Shown here piece by piece: positions 31,804-41,084 of a stretch of DNA of 64,000 nucleotides (its first letter is position 1; the number at the start of each line of letters is the position of its first letter). A model generated the notes under the pieces. That model made no database searches. It had not been told where the DNA came from and worked only from the letters and a program-made list of their open reading frames with translations. The DNA comes from Bacteriovoracia bacterium (GTDB taxonomy: Bacteria > Bdellovibrionota > UBA1018 > JBFWNL01), in contig JBFWNL010000003.1 in assembly GCA_050251055.1 (NCBI GenBank), positions 32,001 to 96,000 on the forward strand, written 5' to 3'. The translations under genes were made by a program, and so were the position numbers.

Positions 31804-33018
31804 CTAATCTACGTAGTCGAGCTCTTTTCCGTACGTTTCATCCAGCCCCCGCAGGCCCAGGAAAGCCGCGGCGAGCGCGACGATACCCACGATCAATGCG
31901 CTTTGCAGCAAGGGTTGGGATTGACGCAAAGATTGAAACGCCAAAGTGAGCACGACGACGGATCCACGCACGAAATTGGGCGTGCTGGTGGTAACGGTCG
32001 AACGCAGATTCGTACCGAAGTGCTCCGCGGCGACGGTGACGAATACCGCCCAGTACCCCACCGCGAAACCCAAAGCCGCGCAAAGGCCGTAAAACTCAAA
32101 AGGCGTCCAACCCTTCACGTAGACGTAAACGCACGTTAAAACCGCGGTCAAAGAGAGAAAGCCTAAAACGACACGTTTGCGGGTACGCAGCCACTGGCTC
32201 AAAAATCCGCTCGCGACGTCACCGGCCGCGAGCCCGATGTAAGACCACATCACGGCTAAACTCGCCTGAATCGGACCGGTGACGCCCATCTCGGTGGAAA
32301 GCTCCGGCGAAAAGGTGATCAGAATGCCGATCACGTACCAGACGGGGACGCCGATCAGGATGCACGAGGCGTAACGCTTGAAGTGCCGGAGGGAGCGGAA
32401 GAGCACCGTGAAGTCCCCGCGGCGGACGCCGGCCTGCTTGCAGCCTTCGAACATACCGGACTCGAACATCGACACTCGCATCACGAGCAGCGCCAGGCCC
32501 ATCGCGCCGCCGACAAAGTAAGCCACGCGCCAATCGAAGTAATCGCCCACCCACGCGGCCGCGACCGCGCCGAGGATGCCCACGGAGGCGACGATGGTCG
32601 TGCCGTAACCGCGCTTCTCCTTGGATAGAGTTTCACTGACGAGCGTGATCGCCGCCCCGAGCTCGCCGGCCAGCCCGATGCCCGCCAGCAGCCGTAGCGC
32701 ACCGTACATCGGGACCGATTGCACGAAGCCGTTGGCGATATTCGCCGCCGAATACAGGAAGATCGACCCGAAAAGCACGGACACCCTTCCACGTTTATCG
32801 CCGAAAACTCCCCAGAGAATGCCGCCCAGGAGCATCCCGAACATCTGCATATTCAGGAGAAAAACGCCGGTCCCGAGCAGCTCCTCGGAAGGCACCCCGA
32901 TTGCCTTCAGGCTCGGAATGCGGACGATGGAGAAGAGGATTAGGTCATAAATATCCACGAAATACCCCAGGGCGGAAACCACGACCGTCGTGCTCAGGAT
33001 TTTGTTTGAATTCGTCAT
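31804..33018 (-). CDS. MFS transporter (sugar/aromatic acid type)
   Basis: ALGYFVDIYDL, GDKRGR motif A, GLAGELG, AEHFGTNLR. Confidence 0.9.
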   Translation of the reverse strand: MTNSNKILSTTVVVSALGYFVDIYDLILFSIVRIPSLKAIGVPSEELLGTGVFLLNMQMFGMLLGGILWGVFGDKRGRVSVLFGSIFLYSAANIANGFVQSVPMYGALRLLAGIGLAGELGAAITLVSETLSKEKRGYGTTIVASVGILGAVAAAWVGDYFDWRVAYFVGGAMGLALLVMRVSMFESGMFEGCKQAGVRRGDFTVLFRSLRHFKRYASCILIGVPVWYVIGILITFSPELSTEMGVTGPIQASLAVMWSYIGLAAGDVASGFLSQWLRTRKRVVLGFLSLTAVLTCVYVYVKGWTPFEFYGLCAALGFAVGYWAVFVTVAAEHFGTNLRSTVTTSTPNFVRGSVVVLTLAFQSLRQSQPLLQSALIVGIVALAAAFLGLRGLDETYGKELDYVD

Positions 33019-33044
33019 TTTTTCGTTCTACACGGATTTCCTTC

Positions 33045-34274
33045 GTGGAAACAACGCTTACTTCAGACCGCCGAGGCCCCGAAACGAGCCGTCCCCGCGC
33101 CGGCGTGGTCCCCTTCCGGGCTCCGGGGATCGCCCCGCCACTGCTCATTCAACAGATCCAGTCGACGGCCCCTTTCGTCCTGACCTGGCCGATGGGGCCG
33201 GCTCGCCAGGTCGGCCCGCTCGACAAAGATTCGCGCGGCGCCCTGGAGTACGTGGAAATCATTCAAAGGACCGCGCAAAGAACCGCGGCCAGCGCCGCCC
33301 CCGAAGCGCCTGTTTTTCCGGACAATCCGGCTGACTACTTTGCCCTTTGCGTGGCGGCCCACTGGGCGACCGTGGGTTCGTTCGTGCCTACGGACGTCGA
33401 CAACGCCATTCGCTTCAAGCTTTGGGATCCCGCCCTGCCCGTTGCCACGCTCAACCAGATGGCCGAAACGGTCCTTCGCGCGCGCACGTGGGATGAGCGG
33501 CCCTTCACGCGCCGCTGGGTGCCCGTCGATTCGACCGAACGCTTAAGCGGACACCACGGCGAGTGGTTCAGTGTCGCGGCCGGCGCTTACGGCGCGCTCC
33601 GGCGTAAGGACCCGGAACACGCCCAGACCGTGGCCGACGCGATCATCGAAGAGGTGAACCGGCACGCTCGCGTGACGGAAAAGGTTTTCGCCGAGCGCGA
33701 CGGCAAACGCGCGCTGTTGGCATCGGTTCTCGTCGCCCACAACCTGGGCGACCTGGATCGCGTGATCGAGATGTGGAATCTCCCGGAAGGCGATCCCCTA
33801 CGCACGGCCGTGCATAAGGCGGGTCACGAGGCCAAACCAGGCCTGGAAATCCTGGAGCGCGCCGGAGCGCTCAACAAGAAAACCATGGCGGTGGAAAATC
33901 ACCGTCACTTCGCCCTTCGGCATCCGCGCTTTCTACGCGCGCAGCCGGAGTTCCTGCTCGACCTCTGTCCCTTTCTGGACGACTGGGGCACCCGGCTGGT
34001 GAAACACCCCGGCGTGACGCCCGAACAGATCGCCGAGCTCGTGGGCGCGCTCATCGACGGCTGGAAGAAACTCCACGGGACGGTGGCCTATGCCCGCGCG
34101 CTCGCCGGAATCACCCAAGCCTTTCCGGGCGGGATGTCAAATCTCGAACGCTACCTTCCCTCGCGGGTAGCCAAAGAGCTGAAATCCGGGTCCCTGCGAG
34201 TGCTCATCGACGTTCCCCGCGCCCGTTTCGAAGAACAATGGGCCGATAAAGCGGGCCTGCCAAAAAACCGATAA
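33045..34274 (+). CDS. Hypothetical alpha-helical protein
   Basis: Long ORF with conserved-looking SGHHGEW, AHNLGDLDR and ENHRH motifs. Start uncertain (GTG 33045 or ATG 33192). Confidence 0.7.
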   Translation: METTLTSDRRGPETSRPRAGVVPFRAPGIAPPLLIQQIQSTAPFVLTWPMGPARQVGPLDKDSRGALEYVEIIQRTAQRTAASAAPEAPVFPDNPADYFALCVAAHWATVGSFVPTDVDNAIRFKLWDPALPVATLNQMAETVLRARTWDERPFTRRWVPVDSTERLSGHHGEWFSVAAGAYGALRRKDPEHAQTVADAIIEEVNRHARVTEKVFAERDGKRALLASVLVAHNLGDLDRVIEMWNLPEGDPLRTAVHKAGHEAKPGLEILERAGALNKKTMAVENHRHFALRHPRFLRAQPEFLLDLCPFLDDWGTRLVKHPGVTPEQIAELVGALIDGWKKLHGTVAYARALAGITQAFPGGMSNLERYLPSRVAKELKSGSLRVLIDVPRARFEEQWADKAGLPKNR

Positions 34275-34279
34275 GCCAA

Positions 34280-35806
34280 TTGGTGAAGTCCAAGAGATTC
34301 CAATACCTAATCGTCGGGGCGCTAACCGCGTTCACGCTCGTCCGCGCCGACGATGGCTCGGAAAAAGCCGCAAGCCTTGCCCTCTCCTCCATGCGGCCGA
34401 CCCGACTGGAAGTTCGTCTCGACGAAGTGGCCAAGCTCGAGACGGAGCTTCGCGAAATGGACGAAGCGGCGTTAGCTAAGTACTTTGAAAAAAATCCGCT
34501 CCGTGGCATCCGCATGCCCGACGGCGTTTACTACGTGACGGACGGTCACCGGTTGGCCGTCGCCCTATCCCGCTTGGGCAAACGCAACGCCCTGATGATC
34601 GTGGACGAAGACTATTCCGAACTGGGACAGGCCAAAGCGTACGAGCGGTTAGAGGCGCGGCATCTTCAACTCAAGGACAGCCACGGCCATCAGTATGCAT
34701 TCGATGACCTGCCTAAGACCTTTAAGGAGATGCGCGGAGTAGGCGAGCCCGTGCAACTCGGGCGCGCGCTGAACGCGCTAAAACCCAGCCAGTTTGAGGT
34801 GGACACCGCGGAAGTGGCACGTCTCCAAAAGACATTGGAGAAACTAGACGAGGAAAAATTAGCGGAATACCTCAAACAAAACCCCATCCCGGTGGTTTGG
34901 GGACCTGGCGACGCGATGTATGTCCAGGACAAACACGAACTCGCTTACGCGTTGATGAAATCGGGCAAGCGCAAAGCACGGGTTATCGTCCAGGACGATT
35001 GGTCTGGCTTAAAGGAAAACGAGTTCTACGAGCGCCTAACGGAAAAGGTTCTGAAGCTCAAGGATAGTCACGGGTACGAGTTCTCAAGGCTTTCGTTGCC
35101 GGACACCCTTAAGGAAATGCGGCCTAAGGGCGAAATCATCACGATGAAGTTCAAGGACCTGCGTCCCACGCAGTTCAAGGTCGGCCTGCTGGAAATCGAC
35201 GCCCGCAAGGGCCGCATCGCGGCGCTGTCGGAAGCCGATCGAAGAAAATACCTGGCCGAGCATCCGGTACAGGTCATCATTGGCCCCGGCGGGGAAAAGT
35301 ACCTCGTGGACGGCCATCACCTCAGCCGCGCGCTCGTGGATCTCGGGGAAACCGAAGTCCAGGTGACGGTACTGGCGGACTGGTCAGAAATGGCGGAAAC
35401 CGACTTTTGGGAAAAAATGCAGCGGAAAAACTACGTCCTCCTGCGGGACAGCGACGGCAAGCTGCATACTTATCAAGAACTCAGCCAGCTCACGCTCAAA
35501 GACCTAAAGGATGACCCCTATCGCTCGCTCGCTTGGCTCGTGAGGAAATCGGGCGGCTATGATTCGGTCGACGACATCGCTTTTCAGGAGTTCCGATGGG
35601 CGGAGTTTCTACGCGAACACGTGGACGTGGAAAAACTCGTGCGCGAGCACGGCCCCGAGCAAGGCTGGCTCATGGCTACCCAACAGGGCCTTTCCGCCGC
35701 CACGAGCGACCACGCGAGGAAACTGCCCGGCTACCGAAAGGAAGCGAAAGGCCTGGCTTGCAAGCTGGAAGTCTTGTTCCGCGAAACCCTGAAAGTGCGC
35801 TTCTAG
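34280..35806 (+). CDS. ParB-like nuclease domain protein (ParBc_2 type), three tandem domains, signal peptide
   Basis: LRPTQ, IGPGG..YLVDGHH, DDPYRSLAW, FQEFRWA motifs; internal triplication. Confidence 0.8.
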   Translation: MVKSKRFQYLIVGALTAFTLVRADDGSEKAASLALSSMRPTRLEVRLDEVAKLETELREMDEAALAKYFEKNPLRGIRMPDGVYYVTDGHRLAVALSRLGKRNALMIVDEDYSELGQAKAYERLEARHLQLKDSHGHQYAFDDLPKTFKEMRGVGEPVQLGRALNALKPSQFEVDTAEVARLQKTLEKLDEEKLAEYLKQNPIPVVWGPGDAMYVQDKHELAYALMKSGKRKARVIVQDDWSGLKENEFYERLTEKVLKLKDSHGYEFSRLSLPDTLKEMRPKGEIITMKFKDLRPTQFKVGLLEIDARKGRIAALSEADRRKYLAEHPVQVIIGPGGEKYLVDGHHLSRALVDLGETEVQVTVLADWSEMAETDFWEKMQRKNYVLLRDSDGKLHTYQELSQLTLKDLKDDPYRSLAWLVRKSGGYDSVDDIAFQEFRWAEFLREHVDVEKLVREHGPEQGWLMATQQGLSAATSDHARKLPGYRKEAKGLACKLEVLFRETLKVRF

Positions 35807-35856
35807 GGCATCGGGCGCCAATTGATTTACCCTACGCCTTCCGGTAATCTCAACCA

Positions 35857-36609
35857 ATCGATACCACAGTTATTTTTCTCTTAGGCGCCGTTGCGGGTTT
35901 GATCGATTCGATGGCCGGAGGCGGAGGCTTGATTACGCTCCCGACGCTCGCGATCGCCCTGGGGCCGGGAGCGCTTGCCATCGGCACGAATAAAATTCCC
36001 GGGACCGTGGGCGCCCTCACCGCGCTGTGGGTGTACGCCCGACGTAAACACCTTTCCTGGAGGATCGGAATCCTTTTCGCCGGCTGCGTGGGCGCCGCCT
36101 CGTTCTTCGGGAGCCTCGTTACGCCGCATTTGCCACCTCGGTTTTTTCATTGGTTCCTCGCCGCGAGCTGCCCGTTGATTCTGTGGATCGTCTTTTCGCG
36201 CGACGTGTGGATCCGGTCGGACCTGGCGCACGCGCCAAAGACGGACGTTTCCCGCCGCGCGGTCGCGATCGCGGGCCTGGCCTGCGGTTTTTATGACGGG
36301 GCCTGGGGGCCGGGCGGAGGAACCTTCATGCTGCTCTCGCTCATCCTGTGGGCGAAACTTCCGCTCCTTCCCGCATTGGCCGCCTCCAAACTCGCGAACT
36401 CCGCTTCGGCCGCGACCTCGTTAGCCGGCTACAGCTGGAGCGAAAACGTGGCGTGGCGGGAGGGATTGGTCATTGCCGCGGGCGTGGCTACGGGAGCATA
36501 CGTAGGGGCTAACTACGCCAGCGAGAAGGCCGCGCGCGTGGTACGCCCGACCCTCGCGGTCCTAGCCGTGCTGCTCTTAATCCGTGTTTTAATGGATTCC
36601 GCCCGCTAA
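35857..36609 (+). CDS. TauE/SafE (TSUP) family sulfite exporter
   Basis: AGLIDSMAGGGGLI, AIGTNK, GFYDGAWGPGGGTF. First canonical start is TTG 35899, but the family-like sequence extends upstream. Confidence 0.85.
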   Translation: MDTTVIFLLGAVAGLIDSMAGGGGLITLPTLAIALGPGALAIGTNKIPGTVGALTALWVYARRKHLSWRIGILFAGCVGAASFFGSLVTPHLPPRFFHWFLAASCPLILWIVFSRDVWIRSDLAHAPKTDVSRRAVAIAGLACGFYDGAWGPGGGTFMLLSLILWAKLPLLPALAASKLANSASAATSLAGYSWSENVAWREGLVIAAGVATGAYVGANYASEKAARVVRPTLAVLAVLLLIRVLMDSAR

Positions 36610-37209
36610 CTGGTACTCGATGGGAAGCATGAGCTTCCAATGCTCAATACCCAGCTCCTTGGGAATGGGTCGGAAACGCCGGGCATCACGCACGAGTGCT
36701 AACGCCGCGCGGTTGAGGGCGGCGTGCGCGCTCAAGGTCAGGATCTTCACGCCCGAGATCGTGCCGTCGCGTCCGAGCACGAACCCCACTTCGACCCGGC
36801 CGTTCTGCTTCGCCGCGCGTGCCGACTCGGGATAAACTTTGCGGCTCTCGAAAAACTCCACCAATCGCTGCAAATAGCGCTCGCGCACAGTATCGTTTCC
36901 TTCTTCGAACCCATAATCTTCCGTATCGAACTCGGCGAACGCGTTTCGGCTCGGTGCCGCCGTACGGGTCGTGAGGCGATCCCGGCCGTGACCGGAAAAT
37001 CGACGTTTCGTTCGCGAGGATTCGGACTTCGGCGAAATCGCCCCCCCTACGGCGGTAATCCACAGCGACCCGCTCTCGAGAGCGCTGGAGGGGCGAGGGT
37101 TTCCCTTTAGCCGCGTGAAGTCCTCCAGACCGGGGCGCCATCCCAGGCCGGCGATTATGCAAAAGTGGAGAGATAGGCTCAAAATCAGGCCTAATTGCAC
37201 GCGCTTCAC
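36589..37209 (-). CDS. TonB family energy transducer
   Basis: SLSLHFCI TM anchor (SxxxH); YPESARAAKQNGRVEVGF..DG C-terminal domain. Confidence 0.82.
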   Translation of the reverse strand: MKRVQLGLILSLSLHFCIIAGLGWRPGLEDFTRLKGNPRPSSALESGSLWITAVGGAISPKSESSRTKRRFSGHGRDRLTTRTAAPSRNAFAEFDTEDYGFEEGNDTVRERYLQRLVEFFESRKVYPESARAAKQNGRVEVGFVLGRDGTISGVKILTLSAHAALNRAALALVRDARRFRPIPKELGIEHWKLMLPIEYQLAGGIH

Positions 37210-37246
37210 CTAGCCTTCTTATCATATTTCGAGGTATAGGACGAAT

Positions 37247-37753
37247 ATGGGTAAAATCCCCTTTGAATTCGTGCTCGAAGCGCTGGAACGGATTTCCCCC
37301 CGCACCAATCCGATGTTTGGCTGTACGGCAGTTTATCATGGGGAGAAGATCGTGCTCATCCTGCGGGAGAAAGAAGACGGCACCGAGGACAACGGGGTCT
37401 GGCTGGCCACCACGGGCGAACATCACGCCAGCCTCCAAAAAGACTTCCCCTCGATGCGCTCGATCGCCTTGTTCGGGCCGGGCCCCACCGGTTGGCAGGT
37501 ACTGCCAACGGACGCGCCGGACTTCGAGGAAGCGGCCCTGCGGGCGTGCCGCTTGGTAATGCAAAACGACCCGCGTATCGGAAAAATCCCCAAGCGCCGG
37601 AAGCTGGCGAAGGCGACTCAAGCCAAGAAAGGAGCCCCGAAGAATGTGCGCGCAATACGAAGTAAAGGGCGACCTGATCGAGCTGCTGCTGCGGCTAAAC
37701 GAAAGCCTGCCACTCCATCCCGCCGACCTAAAAAACGTAAGGCAAAAAAGTAG
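37247..37753 (+). CDS. TfoX-N-like hypothetical protein with basic tail
   Basis: PMFGCTAVY..KI motif; GAGG RBS; Lys/Arg-rich C-terminus. Confidence 0.65.
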   Translation: MGKIPFEFVLEALERISPRTNPMFGCTAVYHGEKIVLILREKEDGTEDNGVWLATTGEHHASLQKDFPSMRSIALFGPGPTGWQVLPTDAPDFEEAALRACRLVMQNDPRIGKIPKRRKLAKATQAKKGAPKNVRAIRSKGRPDRAAAAAKRKPATPSRRPKKRKAKK

Positions 37754-38375
37754 TCCGTCCGCGATTCGCGTCGCCCCCGGCACGCTTGCCCCAGTAATCG
37801 CCGGCTACGTGGGGAAGCCCGGTCCCGCGCGCGTGGGTGAGCTACGATTTTCGCTCGTGCCGGCCTGGTCGCTCACCGAAACCTCCGCCAAGGCTGGCGC
37901 CTCCCGGCCAAAATTCGCCACTTACAACGCACGCCTCGAAGGCATTTCCACTAAACCTACCTGGCGCGAGCCCTTCGCGCGCAGACATTGTCTGGTGCCG
38001 ATGAGCGGCTTCATCGAGCCGATCTACGCATCTCCTGCTTTTCCAGGGCTCGAAAACTCCATGGTAAGCTTCCGAAGCCCCGACTTCGTGATGGCAGCCG
38101 GCATCTGGGAAGAGGCCACCAGGTCGTTCGCGATCATTACCGACTCGCCGATCCCGTTCGTAGAAAAAGTCGGCCACGATCGCTCTCCTCTTTTTCTGAG
38201 GCCGTCGGCCTGGGCGGAGTGGCTCTTCGGCCCACCTACCCCAGAGGCGGCGACGGCGTTCTTGCGGGCAAATCGCGAAGATCCCAGCCTAGCGCCGATA
38301 GTGGACCGGCCACTTAAATCCCGCGGCGGGGCCGAAAACCTCGAACCGGAGTTCGACTTTTTACCCCGCGGCTGA
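37644..38375 (+). CDS. SOS response-associated peptidase (SRAP/YedK/HMCES)
   Basis: N-terminal MC, YNARLE, RHCLVPMSGFIE, AAGIWE, HDRSP. Confidence 0.85.
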   Translation: MCAQYEVKGDLIELLLRLNESLPLHPADLKNVRQKSSPSAIRVAPGTLAPVIAGYVGKPGPARVGELRFSLVPAWSLTETSAKAGASRPKFATYNARLEGISTKPTWREPFARRHCLVPMSGFIEPIYASPAFPGLENSMVSFRSPDFVMAAGIWEEATRSFAIITDSPIPFVEKVGHDRSPLFLRPSAWAEWLFGPPTPEAATAFLRANREDPSLAPIVDRPLKSRGGAENLEPEFDFLPRG

Positions 38376-38527
38376 CGGTGCCGCGGCTCATCTCGAGCGA
38401 AATTTTCTTGGCGGAGCTTTATCAAGCATTCTTGACAATCCTCTCCGAGAGCGAATTTCCAGCACCAAAAATAATTAACCGTTCTTTTTTCGGAGACTTT
38501 TTCGCGCGTGCGCCCAAAAATGAGGAC

Positions 38528-38911
38528 ATGAGTTCGAAATCCTGCATCTTGATTGTGGAAGACGAAAAAGAACTCGTCGACTCGTTGAACCAATGCCTCA
38601 CCGAAGAAGGTTATATGACCCAATCGTGCGGGAGCATCACGGACGCCGTGCACCGGGCCGCGAACCAGAAGTATGACTGCATCCTGCTCGACATGAAGCT
38701 CTCCAGGGGCACGGGCGAGCAGCTGATCAACGTGATCCGGGACAATAAGAGCCACTTCAACTTCAGGACTCCGATCGTGGTAACGAGCGGGCACCTCGAT
38801 CCCGAGCTGGTGAAACGGCTCAGTCAGCGCATTAACGGGATCCTGGTAAAACCCTACCGCGTGGATGCGCTTCTGGAAAAAGTGCGCTCCATCGCGCCCG
38901 CAAAAAAATAG
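38528..38911 (+). CDS. Single-domain response regulator
   Basis: ILIVEDE, ILLDMKL, IVVTSG, LVKP; GAGG RBS before ATG 38528. Confidence 0.88.
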   Translation: MSSKSCILIVEDEKELVDSLNQCLTEEGYMTQSCGSITDAVHRAANQKYDCILLDMKLSRGTGEQLINVIRDNKSHFNFRTPIVVTSGHLDPELVKRLSQRINGILVKPYRVDALLEKVRSIAPAKK

Positions 38912-38938
38912 TCACCCATCGATTTGGAAGCGAAACCA

Positions 38939-39307
38939 CTATTGGTCGTTACTGGGGCCACTGCCGGGCCGGCGTAGAATCGTGCGCGGTGGTCCGGACG
39001 GCGCGGTCTTTGGGGCATTCGCCGCCTCGATTTCGGCGGCCGTACGCCGGGGGGCCCGGGGCTTGGCGTTCTCGCCGGAAAGCTCGCGTTTCCACTCCTC
39101 GATCGTCGGCGCCTGAAGCTCGACCGCCCACGATTCACGATGATTCATCATCGGAACGTGCGCATCCCAGCAAGCCACCGTACAGAAACTCAGGCCAGTA
39201 CGTTTGCGGTTACAGGTGGAAACGTTGCAGACCCAATACGTCGCGCGATAGCCGATGGGATTCTTGCAAGAATTACATTTTTTCCAATATTCCGGATGGG
39301 CTTCCAT
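38939..39307 (-). CDS. Cys-rich hypothetical protein, putative zinc-binding
   Basis: CNSCK, CNVSTC, FCTVACWDAH. Confidence 0.7.
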   Translation of the reverse strand: MEAHPEYWKKCNSCKNPIGYRATYWVCNVSTCNRKRTGLSFCTVACWDAHVPMMNHRESWAVELQAPTIEEWKRELSGENAKPRAPRRTAAEIEAANAPKTAPSGPPRTILRRPGSGPSNDQ

Positions 39308-39320
39308 ATTGTTTTCGATT

Positions 39321-39836
39321 CTAGCGAAGACGTCGGTTTTTCAAAACGGTTTTCCGCATTTTCCCTTTGTACTTCAAAACCCGATCCAAAACCTTCTCGA
39401 ACGCCTGGCCTTTCCCGCCTTCACCGGCCCCCAGCATCTGCGCCGCCAAAACTCCCGCGTTCCAAGCATTACCGATGGCAACGGTGGCGACGGGGATCCC
39501 CTTGGGCATCTGCACGATCGAAAGCAGCGCGTCCTGACCTTTGAGATTACCGATCGGCACCGGCACCCCAATCACGGGCAACTCAGTGTAAGCGGCGACC
39601 ATACCAGGAAGATGCGCGGCCCCGCCGGCGCCGGCGATGATGACCTTCACGCCAAGGCGGCGCGCGGACTCCGCGAAACTCGCCACCTGGTGCGGCGTGC
39701 GGTGCGCGGAGAGAATCGCCATGCTGCTGGCGATGCCGAACTCCTTCAGCGCTTGCTCCGCTTCCCGCATCACCGGGAGATCGCTTTTGCTTCCCATCAC
39801 GATGGCAACCGGCTTCACTTGAGTCTTCTTCATCAC
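39321..39836 (-). CDS. purE: N5-carboxyaminoimidazole ribonucleotide mutase
   Basis: [34 protein letters not shown]. Confidence 0.96.
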   Translation of the reverse strand: MMKKTQVKPVAIVMGSKSDLPVMREAEQALKEFGIASSMAILSAHRTPHQVASFAESARRLGVKVIIAGAGGAAHLPGMVAAYTELPVIGVPVPIGNLKGQDALLSIVQMPKGIPVATVAIGNAWNAGVLAAQMLGAGEGGKGQAFEKVLDRVLKYKGKMRKTVLKNRRLR

Positions 39837-39865
39837 ATTACTCCCTTACTTTGGTCCTACTCTAG

Positions 39866-41032
39866 CTAGTGGCTGATCACCCGGGCGGCCCACTGACGAT
39901 CCCAAGCCTCGAACTCGCGGCGTAAGCCTTCGCCTTCGACGGCTTGGCTTAAATCCAGATGGATATGTCCCATCTTCCGCCCGCCGCGAAGCGCTTCCTT
40001 ATCATACCAATGCAGCTTGGCCTCGGCACGAGGTAACGGCGGTAGATCAGAGGACGCAGCCGCGCCCGCCGATCCAATCGGTCCGAGCAAATTCCACATG
40101 AAAAATGCGCTCGTGGGCTCAGTTTCGCCCAACGGCTCTCCTAGCGCCCCTAAAAGGTGGTTTTCAAATTGACCCGCGGGACAGACGTCCATCGTATAAT
40201 GTCCGGAGTTGTGCACGCGCGGCGCGATCTCGTTCACCAGGAGCCGGCCCGGGGACCAGAAGAACTCAATCGCAAAACAACCCCGAAGGTCGAGCGCGTC
40301 GCCCAGCGCGCGCGCCTGCTCTTTTGCTTGCACTTCAATCGCGGCGGGCACTTCCAAATCTCGCGCCGGGCCGACCACGTACTGGCAGATCCCGTTTGCT
40401 TGCCCGCTCACCACGAGCGGATATGCCTTGAACTCCCGGGGGGTTCGGCACGCCACGAGCGCGAGTTCGCGCTGAAACTCCACGCACTCCTCCGCGAAGA
40501 CGATCCCGCCCCGGGACTGACCTTCACGGATGAAGTCAGCCAGCCGTTGGGAGTCACGGGGGCGGATCAGCACGCCCTTCCCGTCGTACCCCTGGCGGCT
40601 CCACTTGAAAACCCGATCGAGCGAACCCGGCGAAGCGCCGAGTTCACGCACTTCGAAAGCCCGCGCCGAGGGGATTCCCAGCTGGTTGAGAATTTGCTTT
40701 TGCTTCCATTTGTCTTGCAGAGTTCGGATGGCGTCGAGGCCCGGCGCGAAGCGCACGGAGAGGCCTTGGGCGGTGGCGGCGAGCGCATCGCAGTCGACGA
40801 ACTCATTTTCGAAAACGACGGTTTCAGTTTGACCGAGAAAGTCCCGCAATGCCGCGGCGTCCGAGAGCTTACCCCGAAAGTGTTGTGCTCCGGTTCGAGC
40901 CGCCACCGCAGGAGATTGCAGGGCCTCATCGAAAAAAGCGGCGCGTAAAGATCGCTTGGCGGCGGCCTCTAAGAGCATGCGGGAGAGCTGGCCGGCACCC
41001 AAAACGCCGATGGTGAAGTTTTTTGGCGGCAC
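39866..41032 (-). CDS. purK: N5-carboxyaminoimidazole ribonucleotide synthase
   Basis: GVLGAGQLSRM, FENE, GYDGKG, NEIAPRVHNSGH, RKMGH; adjacent to purE. Confidence 0.92.
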   Translation of the reverse strand: MPPKNFTIGVLGAGQLSRMLLEAAAKRSLRAAFFDEALQSPAVAARTGAQHFRGKLSDAAALRDFLGQTETVVFENEFVDCDALAATAQGLSVRFAPGLDAIRTLQDKWKQKQILNQLGIPSARAFEVRELGASPGSLDRVFKWSRQGYDGKGVLIRPRDSQRLADFIREGQSRGGIVFAEECVEFQRELALVACRTPREFKAYPLVVSGQANGICQYVVGPARDLEVPAAIEVQAKEQARALGDALDLRGCFAIEFFWSPGRLLVNEIAPRVHNSGHYTMDVCPAGQFENHLLGALGEPLGETEPTSAFFMWNLLGPIGSAGAAASSDLPPLPRAEAKLHWYDKEALRGGRKMGHIHLDLSQAVEGEGLRREFEAWDRQWAARVISH

Positions 41033-41084
41033 GAGCCATTCTATATCAATTGACGCCGTTTGGAACTGCCATTAGCGTCGCCCT

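Noticed and set aside
34280-35806. Chromosome or plasmid partition locus
   Set aside because: No parA, no parS-like palindrome seen and no HTH domain; the protein appears exported.
41061-41076. Sigma54 promoter TGGAACTGCCATTAGC
   Set aside because: GG-GC spacing is 11 rather than the required 10.
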